A stretch of DNA of 63,292 nt, from the NCBI GenBank assembly GCA_045658205.1, contig JAZOUM010000036.1, positions 1 through 63,292 on the forward strand. Direction: 5' to 3'. The notes below the pieces were generated by a model that saw only the letters and a list, made by a program, of their open reading frames with translations, had not been told where the DNA came from and ran no database searches. The translations under genes were made by a program, and so were the position numbers. The first letter of the stretch is position 1; each line of letters opens with the position of its first letter. Shown here piece after piece: positions 1 to 10,600 of this stretch. The DNA comes from Eubacteriales bacterium. Its GTDB lineage: Bacteria > Bacillota > Clostridia > Oscillospirales > CAG-272.

Positions 1-95
1 GCGTTTGATCTGTAAATATTTGTTGAATTGTTGGAAAAATATGCATCTACACCTTAAAAATGCCGAAAAACAGTCTCATTATTCAAATTCACGGC

Positions 96-124
96 TTGAC
101 AAAACGGGAAAAGGGTTGTATAAT
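96..124 (+). promoter_or_regulatory. sigma-A type promoter upstream of trpS (TTGACA-N17-TATAAT)
   Basis: TTGACA at 96-101, exactly 17 nt spacer, TATAAT at 119-124. It lies about 85 nt upstream of the trpS coding start. Confidence 0.6.
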
Positions 125-207
125 CTTGATATATTACGACATTATCCGGTAGAGAGCCCTTAAAAACGTTTTTTTATCCGCTCCGCTACCCGCAAGGAGA
201 ATATAAA

Positions 208-1203
208 ATAGCAGAAAAGAATAAGAAAATAGTTTTCACGGGAGGACAGACCTCAGTCAATCTCACGATAGGAAAATACCTCGGCGCGATCAAGAATTTC
301 TCTCGCTTCTCCGAGGACTACAAGACCTTCTACTGCGTTGTTGACCTTCACGCTATTACAGTCAGACAGGTACCCGCAGAGCTTCGCAGAAGAACGTACG
401 AGACTCTCGCTCTTTATATGGCGTGCGGTCTTGATCCCGAGAAGAACACCCTCTTCGTTCAGTCTCAGGTTCCGCAGCATGCAGAGCTTGGTTGGATACT
501 CGACTGCTACACTATGTACGGCGAGCTTTCAAGAATGACTCAGTTCAAGGACAAGAGCGCAAAAAATGCTCAGAACATCAACGCCGGTTTGTTTACCTAC
601 CCCACTCTTATGGCGGCGGATATTCTTCTTTATCAGACTGACGTAGTACCCGTAGGTCTTGACCAGAAGCAGCACCTAGAGCTTGCGCGCGATATCGCGT
701 CAAGATTTAACCTCATATATCCCGACACCTTCAAGATTCCCGAGGGATACATCAACACAGATACGATGAAGATCATGTCTCTTCAGGAGCCTACGGCTAA
801 AATGTCCAAGTCCGATCCTAACGAGAACGCTGTAGTGCGCATACTCGACTCTAAGGACGACATTATGAGAAAGTTCAAAAGAGCCGTTACCGACTCGGAT
901 ACCTGTGTCAGATACTCCGAGGATAAGCCCGGCGTATCCAACCTTATGACCATCTATCGCGCCTTCACAAACAAGACCTTTGATGAGATTGAGCGCGAGT
1001 TTGACGGCAAGGGCTACGGCGACTTTAAGCTTGCGGTAGGAGAGGCTTGTGCCGACGGTCTTAAGGACGTGCGCGACGAATTTGCAAAGCTCATGCAGGA
1101 CAAGGCGCATCTTGAGGCTGTTATGAAAATGGGAGCTGAGGACGCATTCCATCACGCAAGACGCACTATGTCCAAGGTAAGAAGAAAGATTGGTTTCGTA
1201 TAA
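208..1203 (+). CDS. trpS: tryptophan--tRNA ligase (class I)
   Basis: The track fragment 418-1203 carries KMSKS (AKMSKSDPNE), VGLDQKQHLEL and PGVSNL, which resemble Bacillus TrpRS. The same frame is open upstream to 130 and encodes KIVFTGGQTSVNLTIGKYLGAIKNF (HIGH-equivalent region) at about 226-300. AAGGAGA at 194-200 is followed by ATA at 208. There is no in-frame ATG/GTG/TTG before 418, so the start position is the uncertain part. Confidence 0.85.
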   Translation: MAEKNKKIVFTGGQTSVNLTIGKYLGAIKNFSRFSEDYKTFYCVVDLHAITVRQVPAELRRRTYETLALYMACGLDPEKNTLFVQSQVPQHAELGWILDCYTMYGELSRMTQFKDKSAKNAQNINAGLFTYPTLMAADILLYQTDVVPVGLDQKQHLELARDIASRFNLIYPDTFKIPEGYINTDTMKIMSLQEPTAKMSKSDPNENAVVRILDSKDDIMRKFKRAVTDSDTCVRYSEDKPGVSNLMTIYRAFTNKTFDEIEREFDGKGYGDFKLAVGEACADGLKDVRDEFAKLMQDKAHLEAVMKMGAEDAFHHARRTMSKVRRKIGFV

Positions 1204-1215
1204 TAATACATAACA

Positions 1216-1272
1216 AAAAGAGAGCGGACAAACAGTGATTTTTTCCTGTATATCCACTCTCTTTTTTGTTTT
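1216..1272. terminator. bidirectional intrinsic terminator between convergent trpS and the membrane protein gene
   Basis: AAAAGAGAGCGGA (1216-1228) pairs with TCCACTCTCTTTT (1253-1265) with one mismatch. It is flanked by an A-run and a T-run. Confidence 0.55.
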
Positions 1273-1282
1273 TTTGACTATA

Positions 1283-1807
1283 TTAGTTGTCATTTATAGG
1301 GTTAATTGTTTTATTTTTCCTTTTATCACTAAACAAAGATACTCCGGCATCTATTAGCAAAATTGTCAAAATCACCAACAAAGCAACCTCTGTAAAAAGC
1401 GTGTCGGATAGCGCGACGTAACCGTCGATGCGCCTTAGGGTAATTATGACAATCGAAGATACTATCCCCCATAAAAGCGAGAAACGAGGGCATACGTATC
1501 CAAGTATATTTCCTCTTTCGTTGCGATAATCCCAAAGTCTTTTCCCTGTTATCCTCTCGCACACAACTCCTACCATAAACTCAACGATCGTGGCGATTGC
1601 CATAGATAAAAGCATAAGTGGGATAAATCCAACAACCGATCCGAGTATCAATTTCGATAAGCATATACCTATGCCGTATATTGGACATACGGGACCAAAA
1701 AGCAAACCTCGATTTATAAGTCGGCGCTTTGTAACGAGAGAAAACAAAACCTCAGCAAACCACCCTAAAAAAGAAAAAATAAGAAAATACAAAAGATAAA
1801 TGTACAT
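1283..1807 (-). CDS. small polytopic membrane protein (resembles the 'putative ABC-transporter type IV'/DUF1113 family)
   Basis: 174 aa with several hydrophobic segments. The N-terminal FLGWFAEV...INRGLLFGPVCPIYGIG pattern is one I associate with that family. AAGGAT lies upstream of the ATG. Confidence 0.55.
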   Translation of the reverse strand: MYIYLLYFLIFSFLGWFAEVLFSLVTKRRLINRGLLFGPVCPIYGIGICLSKLILGSVVGFIPLMLLSMAIATIVEFMVGVVCERITGKRLWDYRNERGNILGYVCPRFSLLWGIVSSIVIITLRRIDGYVALSDTLFTEVALLVILTILLIDAGVSLFSDKRKNKTINPINDN

Positions 1808-1858
1808 ATCCTTATTTTCTTATTTCTTCTATAGATTATTATATGAAATTTAAGTCAA

Positions 1859-2557
1859 TTAAAGCTCTACGGACTCGTAAGGCGTAAGTATGAGTCTATC
1901 GTCAAAATCAAACTCCTCAGGATCGGTATCGTCAAGAAGTCCGTAATGTACGGGAACTGCGGTCTTTGCTCCGATCTCGTACGCAAAGTCAGCCGCATCC
2001 TTAGAATTCATACGATTACCTCTGCCACCTATGGAGAGAAATGCGTAATCAACACCCTCCTCAACAAGATCAAGACAATCGTCTATAACGTCGAAGTTGT
2101 AAAGAGTGTCACCACTCACGTAATACGTCTTTTCCGAGTCATCCATAATAAAGCCCACAGCATCCTTTTCAAGACCGTGCTCAGCCTTAACCGAATAGAA
2201 GGTCATACCTCCCTCGCTCCAAACAGAGTGAGGAGAAAGAAGCACGGGATTGTGCTTCTTTACAACATCAAGCTCAATAAGCTTAGCGTATGCTGATCCG
2301 CCTGCAAGCACGGTAATCTCTTTTTCACTACTGTTAAGAATATTCTCAAGAGTCTCTACATCAAGATGATCCGGATGCGAATGCGTGATCATTAAAACAT
2401 CAGGCTGAACGTCAAGAAAGCTCTCGTCAACGGGAATTCTTCTCTTTTTATTTTCATCCGTCTTTCCGAGCGAATCAGAAAGATAAGGATCAACGAGAAC
2501 GGTAAGTCTTTCGTTCTCAAATAAAAGTCCGGAATGTGTAAGCCAAGTTACCTGCAT
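1859..2557 (-). CDS. MBL-fold metallo-hydrolase
   Basis: Contains the HSHPDH zinc-binding motif. The second ATG (2557) follows GGAGGA with 5 nt spacing, so I prefer it over the track start at 2569. Confidence 0.8.
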   Translation of the reverse strand: MQVTWLTHSGLLFENERLTVLVDPYLSDSLGKTDENKKRRIPVDESFLDVQPDVLMITHSHPDHLDVETLENILNSSEKEITVLAGGSAYAKLIELDVVKKHNPVLLSPHSVWSEGGMTFYSVKAEHGLEKDAVGFIMDDSEKTYYVSGDTLYNFDVIDDCLDLVEEGVDYAFLSIGGRGNRMNSKDAADFAYEIGAKTAVPVHYGLLDDTDPEEFDFDDRLILTPYESVEL

Positions 2558-2624
2558 ATATTCCTCCATTAAACTCTTTTATGAGCATTTTTTGTATTTT
2601 AAGTATATTTTTGTCAATTATAGT

Positions 2625-3134
2625 TTACCAAATCAATATTCCGACAGCTCCGAAAACAGTGCCAATCACAGCGCCCACTACAACATCTTTTACAAAATGG
2701 ATGCCAAGCAGCACTCTTTCAACAGCCAGATACGCGCCGAAAAACAATGCTATAGCACCAAGAGGAATGCTGTAGATCATCCACAAGGTTCCGATTAGAA
2801 ACGCCGAGAAAACGTGACGGGACGGGAAGGAGTTGCCCTGCTTTTTGCTTCTGCGTAGCTGCTCAAGCTCGTCTATTAAAAACAGATCGTACGGTCTTTG
2901 CGCATTGATAAGCGAACGCACAAGACCTATAGACAAAAAAGGAATACCGGAAAACGTGAGAAGCTTTACAAGACTGAGATATTCTTCAAAGATAGCAAGA
3001 AGGATAATGGCGTACGCGAATATAGCGCCGATTATGATAACAGATACCGTCTCCACTATCTTAAGCGACTTAACAAGCCTCGGATAAGAATAAACGCGGC
3101 GATAAAGGTCGATCAAGCTTTTTTCTGAAATCAT
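2625..3134 (-). CDS. PAP2-family phosphatase (membrane)
   Basis: Three PAP2 motifs are present: NAQRPY, FPSRHV and ERVLLGIHFVKD. Multiple TM segments. GGAGGG SD. Confidence 0.8.
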   Translation of the reverse strand: MISEKSLIDLYRRVYSYPRLVKSLKIVETVSVIIIGAIFAYAIILLAIFEEYLSLVKLLTFSGIPFLSIGLVRSLINAQRPYDLFLIDELEQLRRSKKQGNSFPSRHVFSAFLIGTLWMIYSIPLGAIALFFGAYLAVERVLLGIHFVKDVVVGAVIGTVFGAVGILIW

Positions 3135-3243
3135 CCTATCCCTCCGTTATTCCGCGCCTCGCGCAATACTACCCTTATATATTATCACAAAGGCTCGGTC
3201 TTTGTCAATCACAACTTAATATATATTTAATTTTACAAAACTA

Positions 3244-3272
3244 TTGACTTTTAAAAAGCTTTGTAGTAAAAT
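3244..3272 (+). promoter_or_regulatory. sigma-A type promoter for the ileS leader
   Basis: TTGACT at 3244-3249, 17 nt spacer, TAAAAT at 3267-3272. Confidence 0.5.
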
Positions 3273-3289
3273 CTTAATGTAAAAATCTA

Positions 3290-3521
3290 AAGACTGTGAC
3301 GAAGACAGTAGCCGCGCGGAAAAGACATAGAGAATCGGGGACGGTGGAAGCCCGATACGGAGTATGCGCTGTGTGAATATCACTTCCGAGTCGCGCTTGT
3401 GAAAGCTGTTATATCAGCAACTAATGAGCGACGGGGCCTCGCCGTAATAGTAGGCGCATATTGTTGGATATGTGAATGGATGGTATATTTTTCCGTTTCC
3501 GTATTGGAGACGGTTTTTTTA
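3290..3521 (+). promoter_or_regulatory. T-box riboswitch leader, Ile-specific, with intrinsic terminator
   Basis: AGAGA...GGTGGAAGC stem-I-like elements lie around 3328-3352. A candidate specifier AUC followed by A sits in GAATATCAC (about 3376-3384). A T-box-like GGATGGTA lies around 3477-3486. The terminator is CCGTTTCC (3493-3500) / GGAGACGG (3506-3513) plus T7. It sits directly upstream of ileS. Confidence 0.7.
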
Positions 3522-3599
3522 TTGTCTTCTCGCATCAGAGAATACATAAATAGATTGTTATTTTATTATATACACGGGCTATGCCCGAAAGGAGAAAAA

Positions 3600-6500
3600 A
3601 TGGAGATTTACGAGAAGGTCTCGACGAACCTTAATTTCGTTGAGAGAGAAAAGGCTACCAGAGCATTTTGGGAAGCCAACAACGTCTTCGAGAAGAGTAT
3701 CGCCGAGCGTGAAGGATGTGACAACTACACATTCTTTGACGGTCCGCCTACCGCAAACGGTAAGCCCCACATCGGTCACGTGCTCACTCGAGTAATCAAG
3801 GATATGGTACCCCGTTACCAGACTATGAAGGGCAAAAGAGTCCTTCGTAAGGCGGGTTGGGATACTCACGGTCTGCCTGTCGAGCTTGAGGTTGAAAAGA
3901 AGCTCGGCATTGACGGAAAGGATCAGATAGAGGCATACGGACTTGAACCCTTCATCGGTCACTGCAAGGAATCCGTATGGAAGTATAAGGAAATGTGGGA
4001 GGACTTCCCCGGTACCGTTGGCTTCTGGGCTGATATGGAGCACCCCTACGTAACCTACACCAACGACTTCATTGAGTCTGAGTGGTGGGCGCTCAAGGAG
4101 GTCTGGAACAAGGGCCTTCTTTACAAGGGCATCAAGATCGTTCCCTATTGCCCTCGCTGCGGTACCCCCCTTTCCAGCCACGAGGTTGCGCAGGGATACA
4201 AGACCGTAAAGGAAAAGTCCGCTATCGCTCGCTTCAAGTGTGTGGATGAGGACGCTTACTTCCTCGCTTGGACAACTACCCCCTGGACTCTCCCCTCAAA
4301 CGTAGCGCTTTGCGTTAACCCCAAGGACACCTACTGCAAGGTCTCCTGCATTGACGGCAACGTGTACTACATGGCAGAGGCTCTGCTCGATAAGGTACTC
4401 TCCCCCTTGGCTACCGAGGAGGGACAGAAGGCTTATGAGATACTCGAGCGAATGACAGGTCAGGAGCTTGAGCGCCGCGAGTACGTTCCTCTCTTTGAAT
4501 GCACCGCAGAAGAGGTTAAACGTCAGAAGGCTAAGGCTCACTACATCGTATGCGACGACTACGTAACAATGTCCGACGGTACGGGTATCGTACACATTGC
4601 TCCCGCATTCGGTGAGGATGACTCTAAGGTCGGCAGAAAGTACGATCTTCCCTTCGTTCAGTTCGTAAACGGCAAGGGCGAGCTCACTGAAAACACCCCC
4701 TACGCAGGTATTTTCGTAAAGAAGGCTGATCCCATCATCCTTGAGGACCTTGCAAAGATGGGCAAACTCTTCTCCGCTCCTAAGTTTGAGCACGACTATC
4801 CTCACTGCTGGAGATGCAACACTCCCCTTATCTACTATGCACGTGATACCTGGTTCATCAGAATGACCGCTATCCGTGATAATCTTATCAAGAATAACAA
4901 TACTGTAAATTGGATTCCCGAGAATATCGGTAAGGGCCGTTTTGGCGACTGGCTCGAGAATGTACAGGACTGGGGACTTTCCCGTAACAGATATTGGGGT
5001 ACGCCCCTTAACATTTGGGAATGCTCTTGCGGACACCGTCATTCCATCGGCTCTATCGCAGAGCTTAAGAGTATGTCTAAGAACTGCCCCGAAAACATAG
5101 AGCTCCACCGCCCCTTCATCGACGCGGTAACCATCACCTGTCCCGAGTGCGGCGGAGAAATGAAGAGAGTAAGCGAGGTTATCGACTGCTGGTTTGACTC
5201 CGGCTCAATGCCCTTTGCTCAGTGGCACTACCCCTTCGAGAACAAGGAGATCTTCCATTCTCAGTTCCCCGCAGATTTCATCAGCGAGGGTGTTGACCAG
5301 ACACGTGGTTGGTTCTACTCTCTTATGGCTATATCCACCCTTATCTTTGACTGCGCCCCCTACAAGAACGTACTCGTTCTCGGACACGTGCTTGATAAAG
5401 AGGGACAGAAGATGTCTAAGTCAAAGGGTAACGCAGTAGATCCCTTCGAGGCTCTCGAGTCCTACGGAGCTGACGCTATCCGTTGGTACTTCTACTCTAA
5501 CTCTGCGCCCTGGCTCCCCAACCGATTCTTCGGAGAGGCTGTTGTTGAAGGTCAGAGAAAGTTCATGGGAACTCTTTGGAATACCTATGCGTTCTATGCA
5601 CTTTATGCAAATATTGACGGATTCGATCCTACCAAGTACGAGCTTAACAAGGATTCTCTTTGCGTAATGGATAAGTGGATACTTTCTAAGCTTAACTCTG
5701 CAGTCAAGTCCGTAGACAATATGCTCGCGTCCTACAAGATCACCGAGGCTACAAGAGTCCTTGAGGACTTCGTAGATCAGCTCTCCAACTGGTACGTAAG
5801 ACGTAGCCGTGAGAGATTCTGGGTTAAGGATATGCCAGAGGACAAGGTAAACGCCTACCTCACTCTCTACAACTGTCTCGTTACCATATCCAAGGTATCC
5901 GCTCCTATGATCCCATTCATGACCGAGGATATCTATAGAAACCTCGTTGGCTCTGTTGATAAGAGCGCGCCCGTATCAATCCATCTCTGCGCATTCCCCG
6001 AGGCAGACGAGTCTATGATCGACAAGTCGCTTGAGGAGAATATGGAGGAAGTAATGGATATCGTCGTACTCGGAAGAGCTGCAAGAAACGCGGCGGCTAT
6101 CAAGAACCGTCAGCCCATCGGCAAGATGTACGTTAAGACCGACAAGGTTCCCGACGAGAGCTTCGTATCCGTTATCAGAGAAGAGCTCAATCTCAAGGAG
6201 GTTGAATTCACCGATAACGTTCGCTCCTTCACCACCTACACCTTCAAGCCCCAGCTTCGTACTGTAGGTCCTAAGTACGGTAAATTCCTCGGAGGCATCA
6301 GAAATACGCTCGCTACCCTTGACGGCAATGCGGCTATGGACGAGCTTGAGGCTAACGGATCTATCACCTTTGAGGTAAACGGCGAGAGCATCGTTCTTAC
6401 CAACGAGGATCTCCTTATTGAAATGACCAAAAAGGAAGGCTTTGAGTCTCTCCAGGATCACGGCGTAACCGTAGTCATTGACAAGAACCTTACTCCTGAG

Positions 6501-6758
6501 CTTATCGAGGAAGGTAACGTCCGCGAGATCATCTCTAAGATCCAGACCATGCGTAAGGATTCCGGCTTTGAGGTTATGGACAACATCAAGATCGCTTTTT
6601 GTGGTAACGAGGCTGTTGAGGCTATCGCTACACGCAACAGCGAGGAGATCAAGTCCGAAACTCTTGGTGTAGAGCTTACCGTAGGTAATACTCTCACTCA
6701 CTCTAAGGAGTGGAACATCAACGGCGAGAACGTAACTATCTCCGTTGAAAAGGTCTAA
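3600..6758 (+). CDS. ileS: isoleucine--tRNA ligase (long, type-2-like form, about 1052 aa)
   Basis: PPTANGKPHIGH (HIGH) and KMSKSKGN (KMSKS) motifs, with Cys clusters CPRCGT / CWRC. The ATG at 3600 is preceded by AAAGGAGAAAAA. The track ORF's extra 67 N-terminal residues overlap the T-box leader. Confidence 0.95.
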   Translation: MEIYEKVSTNLNFVEREKATRAFWEANNVFEKSIAEREGCDNYTFFDGPPTANGKPHIGHVLTRVIKDMVPRYQTMKGKRVLRKAGWDTHGLPVELEVEKKLGIDGKDQIEAYGLEPFIGHCKESVWKYKEMWEDFPGTVGFWADMEHPYVTYTNDFIESEWWALKEVWNKGLLYKGIKIVPYCPRCGTPLSSHEVAQGYKTVKEKSAIARFKCVDEDAYFLAWTTTPWTLPSNVALCVNPKDTYCKVSCIDGNVYYMAEALLDKVLSPLATEEGQKAYEILERMTGQELERREYVPLFECTAEEVKRQKAKAHYIVCDDYVTMSDGTGIVHIAPAFGEDDSKVGRKYDLPFVQFVNGKGELTENTPYAGIFVKKADPIILEDLAKMGKLFSAPKFEHDYPHCWRCNTPLIYYARDTWFIRMTAIRDNLIKNNNTVNWIPENIGKGRFGDWLENVQDWGLSRNRYWGTPLNIWECSCGHRHSIGSIAELKSMSKNCPENIELHRPFIDAVTITCPECGGEMKRVSEVIDCWFDSGSMPFAQWHYPFENKEIFHSQFPADFISEGVDQTRGWFYSLMAISTLIFDCAPYKNVLVLGHVLDKEGQKMSKSKGNAVDPFEALESYGADAIRWYFYSNSAPWLPNRFFGEAVVEGQRKFMGTLWNTYAFYALYANIDGFDPTKYELNKDSLCVMDKWILSKLNSAVKSVDNMLASYKITEATRVLEDFVDQLSNWYVRRSRERFWVKDMPEDKVNAYLTLYNCLVTISKVSAPMIPFMTEDIYRNLVGSVDKSAPVSIHLCAFPEADESMIDKSLEENMEEVMDIVVLGRAARNAAAIKNRQPIGKMYVKTDKVPDESFVSVIREELNLKEVEFTDNVRSFTTYTFKPQLRTVGPKYGKFLGGIRNTLATLDGNAAMDELEANGSITFEVNGESIVLTNEDLLIEMTKKEGFESLQDHGVTVVIDKNLTPELIEEGNVREIISKIQTMRKDSGFEVMDNIKIAFCGNEAVEAIATRNSEEIKSETLGVELTVGNTLTHSKEWNINGENVTISVEKV

Positions 6759-6770
6759 GACATAAAATAC

Positions 6771-6800
6771 AAAAGCGGCTATTAATTTAGCCGCTTTTTC
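6771..6800 (+). terminator. intrinsic terminator after ileS
   Basis: AAAAGCGGCT / AGCCGCTTTT hairpin followed by T-rich sequence. Confidence 0.7.
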
Positions 6801-6821
6801 AAAAAGGAAGTTATTATATTT

Positions 6822-7604
6822 ATGTCATTGAATAGCAAAATGATAGAGTCGCTCATAGGTGATTTATCAAAGGAATTACCCATAATAGTTTACAAAACCA
6901 TAGATTCTACCAACACACAGGCAAAGCTATCCGCAGAAAAAGGCGAATACGATCGCGCCGTTTTTATAGCCGACGAGCAAACGGCTGGCAGAGGCAGACT
7001 CGGACGTTCCTTTGTTTCAAGAGAAGGTAGTGGGTTATATCTCTCTATTCTCCTAAACAAAGAAATGCCTCCGGAATTTGCAACCGCGCTCACCACGTAT
7101 ATGGCTGTCATAGCATCAAGAGCTATAAGCGCCTTGGCGCCCGTTGACGTTAAGATTAAATGGGTAAACGACCTATACGTCGGTGGTAAAAAACTTGCCG
7201 GAATACTTACAGAGGGCAAGGCATCGCCAAACGGATCCTCACTCGCATACGCGGTAGTCGGTATCGGTGTCAACGTTCTGAAGCAGGATTTTCCCGATGA
7301 TGTCAAGAGCATCGCTACCACAGTAGAAGACGAGTGTGGCAAAAGGATTGATACGAACAACCTTGCCGCAGCAATCATAAAGGAATTTTTCGCAAACCTT
7401 TCTCTCGTTGGCTCAAAGGAAATCGCAGAGGAATACAAGAGTCGCTCATTCCTTATAGGTAAGCGAGTAAACGTAATAAAGCCGACATCGCAGTACGAAG
7501 CCCTCATCACCGACATCAACGATAGATGCGAGCTGATCCTTTCTCTTCCCGACGGCAACACAGAGATACTCTCCACCGGCGAGGTAAGCGTAAGACAAAT
7601 ATAA
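6822..7604 (+). CDS. birA: biotin--[acetyl-CoA-carboxylase] ligase, short form without N-terminal HTH
   Basis: GRGRLGRSF motif and KWVNDL motif. At 260 aa it is too short to carry a repressor domain. Confidence 0.85.
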   Translation: MSLNSKMIESLIGDLSKELPIIVYKTIDSTNTQAKLSAEKGEYDRAVFIADEQTAGRGRLGRSFVSREGSGLYLSILLNKEMPPEFATALTTYMAVIASRAISALAPVDVKIKWVNDLYVGGKKLAGILTEGKASPNGSSLAYAVVGIGVNVLKQDFPDDVKSIATTVEDECGKRIDTNNLAAAIIKEFFANLSLVGSKEIAEEYKSRSFLIGKRVNVIKPTSQYEALITDINDRCELILSLPDGNTEILSTGEVSVRQI

Positions 7605-7611
7605 CTTTTAT

Positions 7612-7665
7612 AAAAAAACCACCGTTAAACTCCGCACGTGTCGGGGCTTGACGGTGGTTTTTGTT
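7612..7665. terminator. bidirectional terminator between the convergent birA-type gene and the LRR lipoprotein gene
   Basis: AAAAAAACCACCGT ... ACGGTGGTTTTTG hairpin. Confidence 0.6.
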
Positions 7666-10600
7666 TTATTCTTCGTTTTCTACTTTTTTAAAGTCATAAG
7701 TTTTGTGACCCTTAAAATACTGAGCAGCCAAAGTAGGATCACCGAGCTTTTCAGGATCTACTTTGGTCGATCCGATGGTCTCTATATACCATCCGTCAGG
7801 ATCCGCGAAATCAATCTGTGTTATACTTTCGGGGAACACATTCTTACCGATATACTCAAGCTCTGAGGGAAGGAATATTGATGTAATAGTGGTGTGTAAG
7901 AACGCCTCATCATCTATTCTCTTCAATGCCGAGAGAGCAGGTATCTCCACAGTATCAACAGAATCCGAGAATGCTCTGTAGCCGATAGCTGTTACTGCGC
8001 CGGAAAGCTTTATCTTGTGTATACCCTCAACACCTGTCAAAGCCTGCTTATATATTTCGTAAAACTCATCGTTGAATCCATCGGGAAGGGTAAGCTGTCC
8101 CTCTACGGCATCATCTCCCTCTCCGTAGTATCCTACGAGATACGCCACATTATTGCGATAGTAAAAGGCAAATCCATCATCTATAAAAATAGCGGGCTCT
8201 GCGGTGGGATCGGTGGTAACGTCGATCGCATATACCGCGATACAGCCATGACCGTATTTACCCTTTTCAATATTGAGTAACGAATGGTTAACTACATCAT
8301 AAAGCTTAAAGCAATTCGAGAAAGCATCGCTTCCTATTTTGTTCACCTTTGAGCCTACGGTGAATGACATAAGATTTCCACACTCTTGGAATGCGTAAGC
8401 GTCGATCATCTCAACGTTCTTACCTCCAAAGACCACCTTGAGGGTATCATTCCATCTTGCGGCATATCCGTATATATTTCTTACACCGTCGGGAAGATAG
8501 AGAGGCTCCTCACCGAAATCTATGTCACTGAAGGCATAATAGTATATGTCGTAGGAATATCCGTCTAAGTAGTCGGGGAGGTAAAGATACTCTACCTTGT
8601 CTACACATCCCATAAAGTAACGGTTGGTGCCATCGTTATAGAAGGCGAGATTTCCGTCATAAGAAAGATAACTCTGACCTTGGGTATCCGTGTAAACATT
8701 TTTGAGGTATCTGTAGAAATTGTACGCAGACGCAAGATTCGGCTGTATCGAAACAGAGGAAAGGTTCTTTACCTCTATCACACGCATAGTATCGAATGGA
8801 TTATTGCCAAGCGCTGTAAGCGTACTCGGAAGAGTCACCGAGAAGATGGCAAAGTTTCCGCTGAAGGCATTACCTATATACTTTATTCCCTCTTTAAGCT
8901 CAAGAGTTCTGAGGGCGCTCATTCCGTGGAAGGAGCTATTGTACAACTGCTCTGCCGCAACTCTAATAGTCTCAAGAGACGAGCATTCGCCAAAGGCAGA
9001 CTCCTTTACGTTTGTTACGTAAGATGGTATGTCAAGCTCAGTAAGAGACTTACAGTAATAGAATGCATAGCTACCTATGTTAAGAGAGGTGTCTGTGTCG
9101 GCGAAGCTTATCTTTTTAAGTGACGCGCAATGGCTGAATGCATCTGCGCCAACGTAGGTAAGATTTTCGGAAAGCCATATCTCAGCGATGACGCCATTTT
9201 CCTTAAACGCGGAATCAGCTATCTCAACTACAGGAAGACCGTTATATGTGCTTGGAATAGAGAGAATAGATCCGTTAAACGAACCCTTGCTACTAAGAAT
9301 ATATCCGGTCTTTTTTGAATTAAGAACAAACTCAAGTCCTTCGGAATAGGTAGGCGTGTTGCATCTCGAGCAGGAGCCGTTAATAAAATTATGTCCAAGC
9401 TTCTCGGCTATATCGGTAACGGAATCCGAGAATTTTTGTGACTCAATCTCAACCTCAACGGTATATACAAGCGCGCCGTCTCTTGTACAGGTGGGCTCGG
9501 TAGTGATCGTGGCTTCAGCAAATTCGATGCCACTGTTTTCGTGTCGATAGTCGTTCTGACACGTAACCGAGATCTTAGCGGACACGGTACCCTCATAGTT
9601 CCACTCAACGTTGGTTATTACATAGTTATGACCGAGAGGATCGAGAGTGATCTCCTTCTCGTCATATATTTCGATACCGTTTACAAGAACAGTTACAGTA
9701 TAAAGCTCGTAGCCTTCATTAATACAGTCCGGAGCTGCGTAGCTCTTATCGGAGAGCGCAGAATATTCCGCGGTATGCGCTTCACCCCTTGTGCAGATCG
9801 CGCTAAAGGTTGCGCCGGCAGTTCCGTCCCACGTCCATACGCCCTTTTCAATATCGATCTCGTGACCGAGCGCGTTAAGGATAAGATTCTCACTGAAGGT
9901 ATAGGTGTTATCATTGTAGGTTGCGCTGAGGTCGCGTACTCCCTCTCCATCATTTTCACATGTAGGAGCGAGTGTTGTAGTAACGCTCATCTCTGCGTCA
10001 ATCTTAAGAACGTGATTGGAATCTCTTAGACATACGAGTACCATATATGCTTCATCACCGTCGACCTCCCACGTGATATTGTCAAGGTCGTAGTCATGAC
10101 TAAGAGCGGGTGTTGTCGTGCCGGAGTATCCGGTATAGGACTTGCCGCCTATAGATACTGTTGCCGCATATCCCTCGTGACCGTCATTCTCGCAATCGGG
10201 AGCAACGCTCGTAACTGTCGCATTAGCGGAAACGGAATCGCTGTGAGATAAATCATAAGTACAATACACGGTATAAGTCGCTCTAGTTCCGTTCCAGGTC
10301 CATACACCGTTGTCGTAGTCATATACGTGCGCGGTCTTGTAGAGAATCTCATTCTTGGAGTCGGTGTAGGTCGCTCCCGCAAGCTCTACGCTCGCAGTAT
10401 GCACGTTCACACCGTTTGCTACACACGTAGCGTTAGTCACGTTCTCGGACATAGTTGCAGTGTAGGTCTCGGTATATGCGTTGCATCTCGTACAGCTAAG
10501 AGTATAGGTTGCCGCGCCATAGCCGTTCCAGGTCCATTTGCCCGCAGCATTGTTGAAGCTGTGGTTGAGAGGATCGATATCGTTCTCGTAAACCTCTTCA

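Noticed and set aside
48-61. The 14-nt word TACACCTTAAAAAT is shared between 48-61 and 59098-59111 (just after the parB stop). GAAAAACA lies nearby in both places.
   Set aside because: The word is too short and AT-rich, the spacing to the second word differs (3 versus 13 nt), and there is no extended similarity. It is probably chance.
131-207. I looked for a T-box or attenuator leader upstream of trpS, which is common in Firmicutes.
   Set aside because: Only about 80 nt lie between the -10 element and the coding start. I see no specifier/T-box elements and no terminator hairpin.
3399-3599. An N-terminal 67-aa extension of the ileS ORF in the track.
   Set aside because: The extension overlaps the T-box leader and its terminator. 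A strong SD precedes the ATG at 3600, and the conserved IleRS N-terminus begins there.
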